From: Deltaproteobacteria bacterium
Lineage (GTDB): Bacteria > Myxococcota > Myxococcia > Myxococcales > JAHFDP01
Direction of reading: 5' to 3'
Assembly (NCBI GenBank): GCA_023248955.1
Contig: JAHFDP010000020.1
Span: 1-54,451 of the forward strand
Length of the DNA: 54,451 bases
Numbering within the stretch: the first letter of the stretch is position 1; the number at the start of each line of letters is the position of its first letter. This document shows positions 53,444 through 54,451 of the stretch, piece after piece. Position numbers and translations under genes: made by a program. Under the pieces are notes generated by a model, which was not told where the DNA came from, did no database searches, and worked only from the letters and a program-made list of their open reading frames with translations.

Positions 53444-53515
53444 CAGACCTACGAATCCGAAGGCCGCAGGTTCGAATCCTGCAAGGTCCGCCATTTTAAT
53501 CCCCGACAACGATTG
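53444..53515 (+). repeat. Partial tRNA-Arg 3' half plus flank (attR-like direct repeat)
   Basis: 'CTACGAATCCGAAGGCCGCAGGTTCGAATCCTGCAAGGTCCGCCA' plus 'TTTtAATCCCCGACAACGATTGCCGA' duplicates 47608-47679. Confidence 0.75.
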
Positions 53516-54245
53516 CCGAGCGTAATTTCTCTACCATCCACGGCCAGCCCACGCCTTCGACAAGACGGTATGGAAAAGCATGTCCGATTCCGAGAATCTC
53601 TCGAAGTTCAACTTCGCTTTCCGGTTGACCAGCAACAAAGGCGCGAACGTGTTCGATGGGAAAGAGTCGATCGTCGATCCCGTGAACAAAAAGCGTTGGC
53701 ACGTGGGCTAGCCGAACGTTGCACCGCCATGGTGCGGCAGCGAATGCAACGATGCCAAGAATGCGCTTAGCAAGGGTGTCGCCCAATTCCCAGGCCGTGT
53801 TGGCTCCCGCCGAGAGACCGACGACAACGACCGGTTGTCCGACAAGGCGACCCATGGCTTGCTCTACGACCTCGTTTTTTGTCGCCTCGGTCCAAGTGGG
53901 GCTGACGAGGTGAATCGCGTGTGCTTGGAGAAGCTCATAGAAGACCGCGGCAAACCGGCGGCCAGTGTCCTGAGCGCCATGCAAAGCAAGCACCCCGACC
54001 TGCGCAACGCCCACCTTTGGCCGCAATCCCAGACCGTCCGCGCCGATCGGTTCAACCTCGTAGTGCGGCTCGAGCGCCGCGAGCAGCCGCAACGAAAGAC
54101 GTTCGTGCAAGTCCAAGAGGAGGTTGGGCGATGACTGTACTGGTTCCTGCAAGCCGAGATATTTGCAAAGGTCGCTGGCGTTCGGCGGCAGTGGTCCTCC
54201 GAGACCAAAGCGCTCCAGAATTGTCGCGGCATCGAGGATGTCCAT
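53496..54245 (-). CDS. Alpha/beta-hydrolase fold protein (esterase/lipase-like)
   Basis: Nucleophile elbow 'VVVGLSAGAN' and 'LFVHGIDDRLFP'. Start set at the MDILDA ATG. Confidence 0.65.
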   Translation of the reverse strand: MDILDAATILERFGLGGPLPPNASDLCKYLGLQEPVQSSPNLLLDLHERLSLRLLAALEPHYEVEPIGADGLGLRPKVGVAQVGVLALHGAQDTGRRFAAVFYELLQAHAIHLVSPTWTEATKNEVVEQAMGRLVGQPVVVVGLSAGANTAWELGDTLAKRILGIVAFAAAPWRCNVRLAHVPTLFVHGIDDRLFPIEHVRAFVAGQPESEVELREILGIGHAFPYRLVEGVGWPWMVEKLRSAIVVGD

Positions 54246-54330
54246 AGTCGGCGGGGCAGCGCGAAGGAGTATAGCCCGCGGATGCATCGATCGCGCCTGT
54301 GTTACCACCCCGCTTCAGTAAATGGGCCGG

Positions 54331-54451
54331 TCCTCCGTCGCATTCCTTCTGCCTTTGGTATTCGCCGCCTCGAGAGCCGGCGAATCGCGAGCCGCGGCCC
54401 GCTTCGGTGACCCCCCCGGCCAGCCAAAACGTAGACGAGCGCCTCCGAGCC
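54331..54451 (+). CDS. Paralog of the HExxH metallopeptidase-like gene, 3'-truncated by window end
   Basis: 'MGRSSVAFLLPLVFAASRAGESRAAARFGDPPGQPK...' is the same signal peptide as the 50013 gene, and lies within the direct repeat. Confidence 0.5.

Larger units (their letters stand above)
47653..53515. mobile_element. Integrated genomic island (~5.9 kb) at the tRNA-Arg 3' end
   Basis: A 72-bp direct repeat covers the last 45 nt of tRNA-Arg plus 27 nt of flank. It occurs at 47608-47679 and again at 53444-53515. The segment between them holds an integrase fragment, an Xis-like gene, Replic_Relax, TA modules and cargo. Confidence 0.6.

Overview
This is a high-GC chromosomal window (~54.5 kb) that looks myxobacterial (Myxococcota). 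It contains a MYXO-CTERM-type sorting tag, Myxococcus-style cysteine-rich repeats, a zinc-ribbon/TPR giant protein, and many Ala/Arg-rich shadow ORFs typical of ~67% GC DNA. About 45 protein genes are supportable. They split into housekeeping and repair functions (acyl-CoA dehydrogenase, mutY, pepP, arfB, hslO, rnhB, hemW, queG, pduO-type adenosyltransferase, larB/larC), envelope and secreted functions (OmpA/TSP3 protein, giant lectin/Cys-repeat protein, S8 subtilase, 940-aa lipase-like lipoprotein, FadL, putative glycolipid operon) and two tandem tRNAs (Ser-GCU, Arg-ACG). Four things stand out. (1) A ~317-bp element with 25-bp terminal inverted repeats (MITE-like) occurs twice: once in an intergenic gap, and once inside queG without breaking the reading frame, adding ~100 aa to the protein. 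(2) A Bcp-type peroxiredoxin has an in-frame TGA exactly at the peroxidatic-Cys codon, followed by a hairpin; this is a candidate selenoprotein. (3) A ~5.9-kb integrated island sits at tRNA-Arg, bounded by a 72-bp direct repeat of the tRNA 3' end. It carries an integrase remnant, an excisionase-like HTH, a replication-relaxation protein, two toxin-antitoxin pairs and a secreted HExxH metalloprotease with an abutting lipoprotein. A paralog of the metalloprotease starts at the window edge behind a ~160-bp direct repeat. (4) Several precise palindromes and inverted-repeat elements are present, plus a lower-GC segment encoding a PilZ/Hsp70-like protein and the subtilase. Coordinates I derived by hand (tRNAs, repeats, internal starts) may be off by 1-2 nt. 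All functional calls rest on motif recognition by eye, not database searches.
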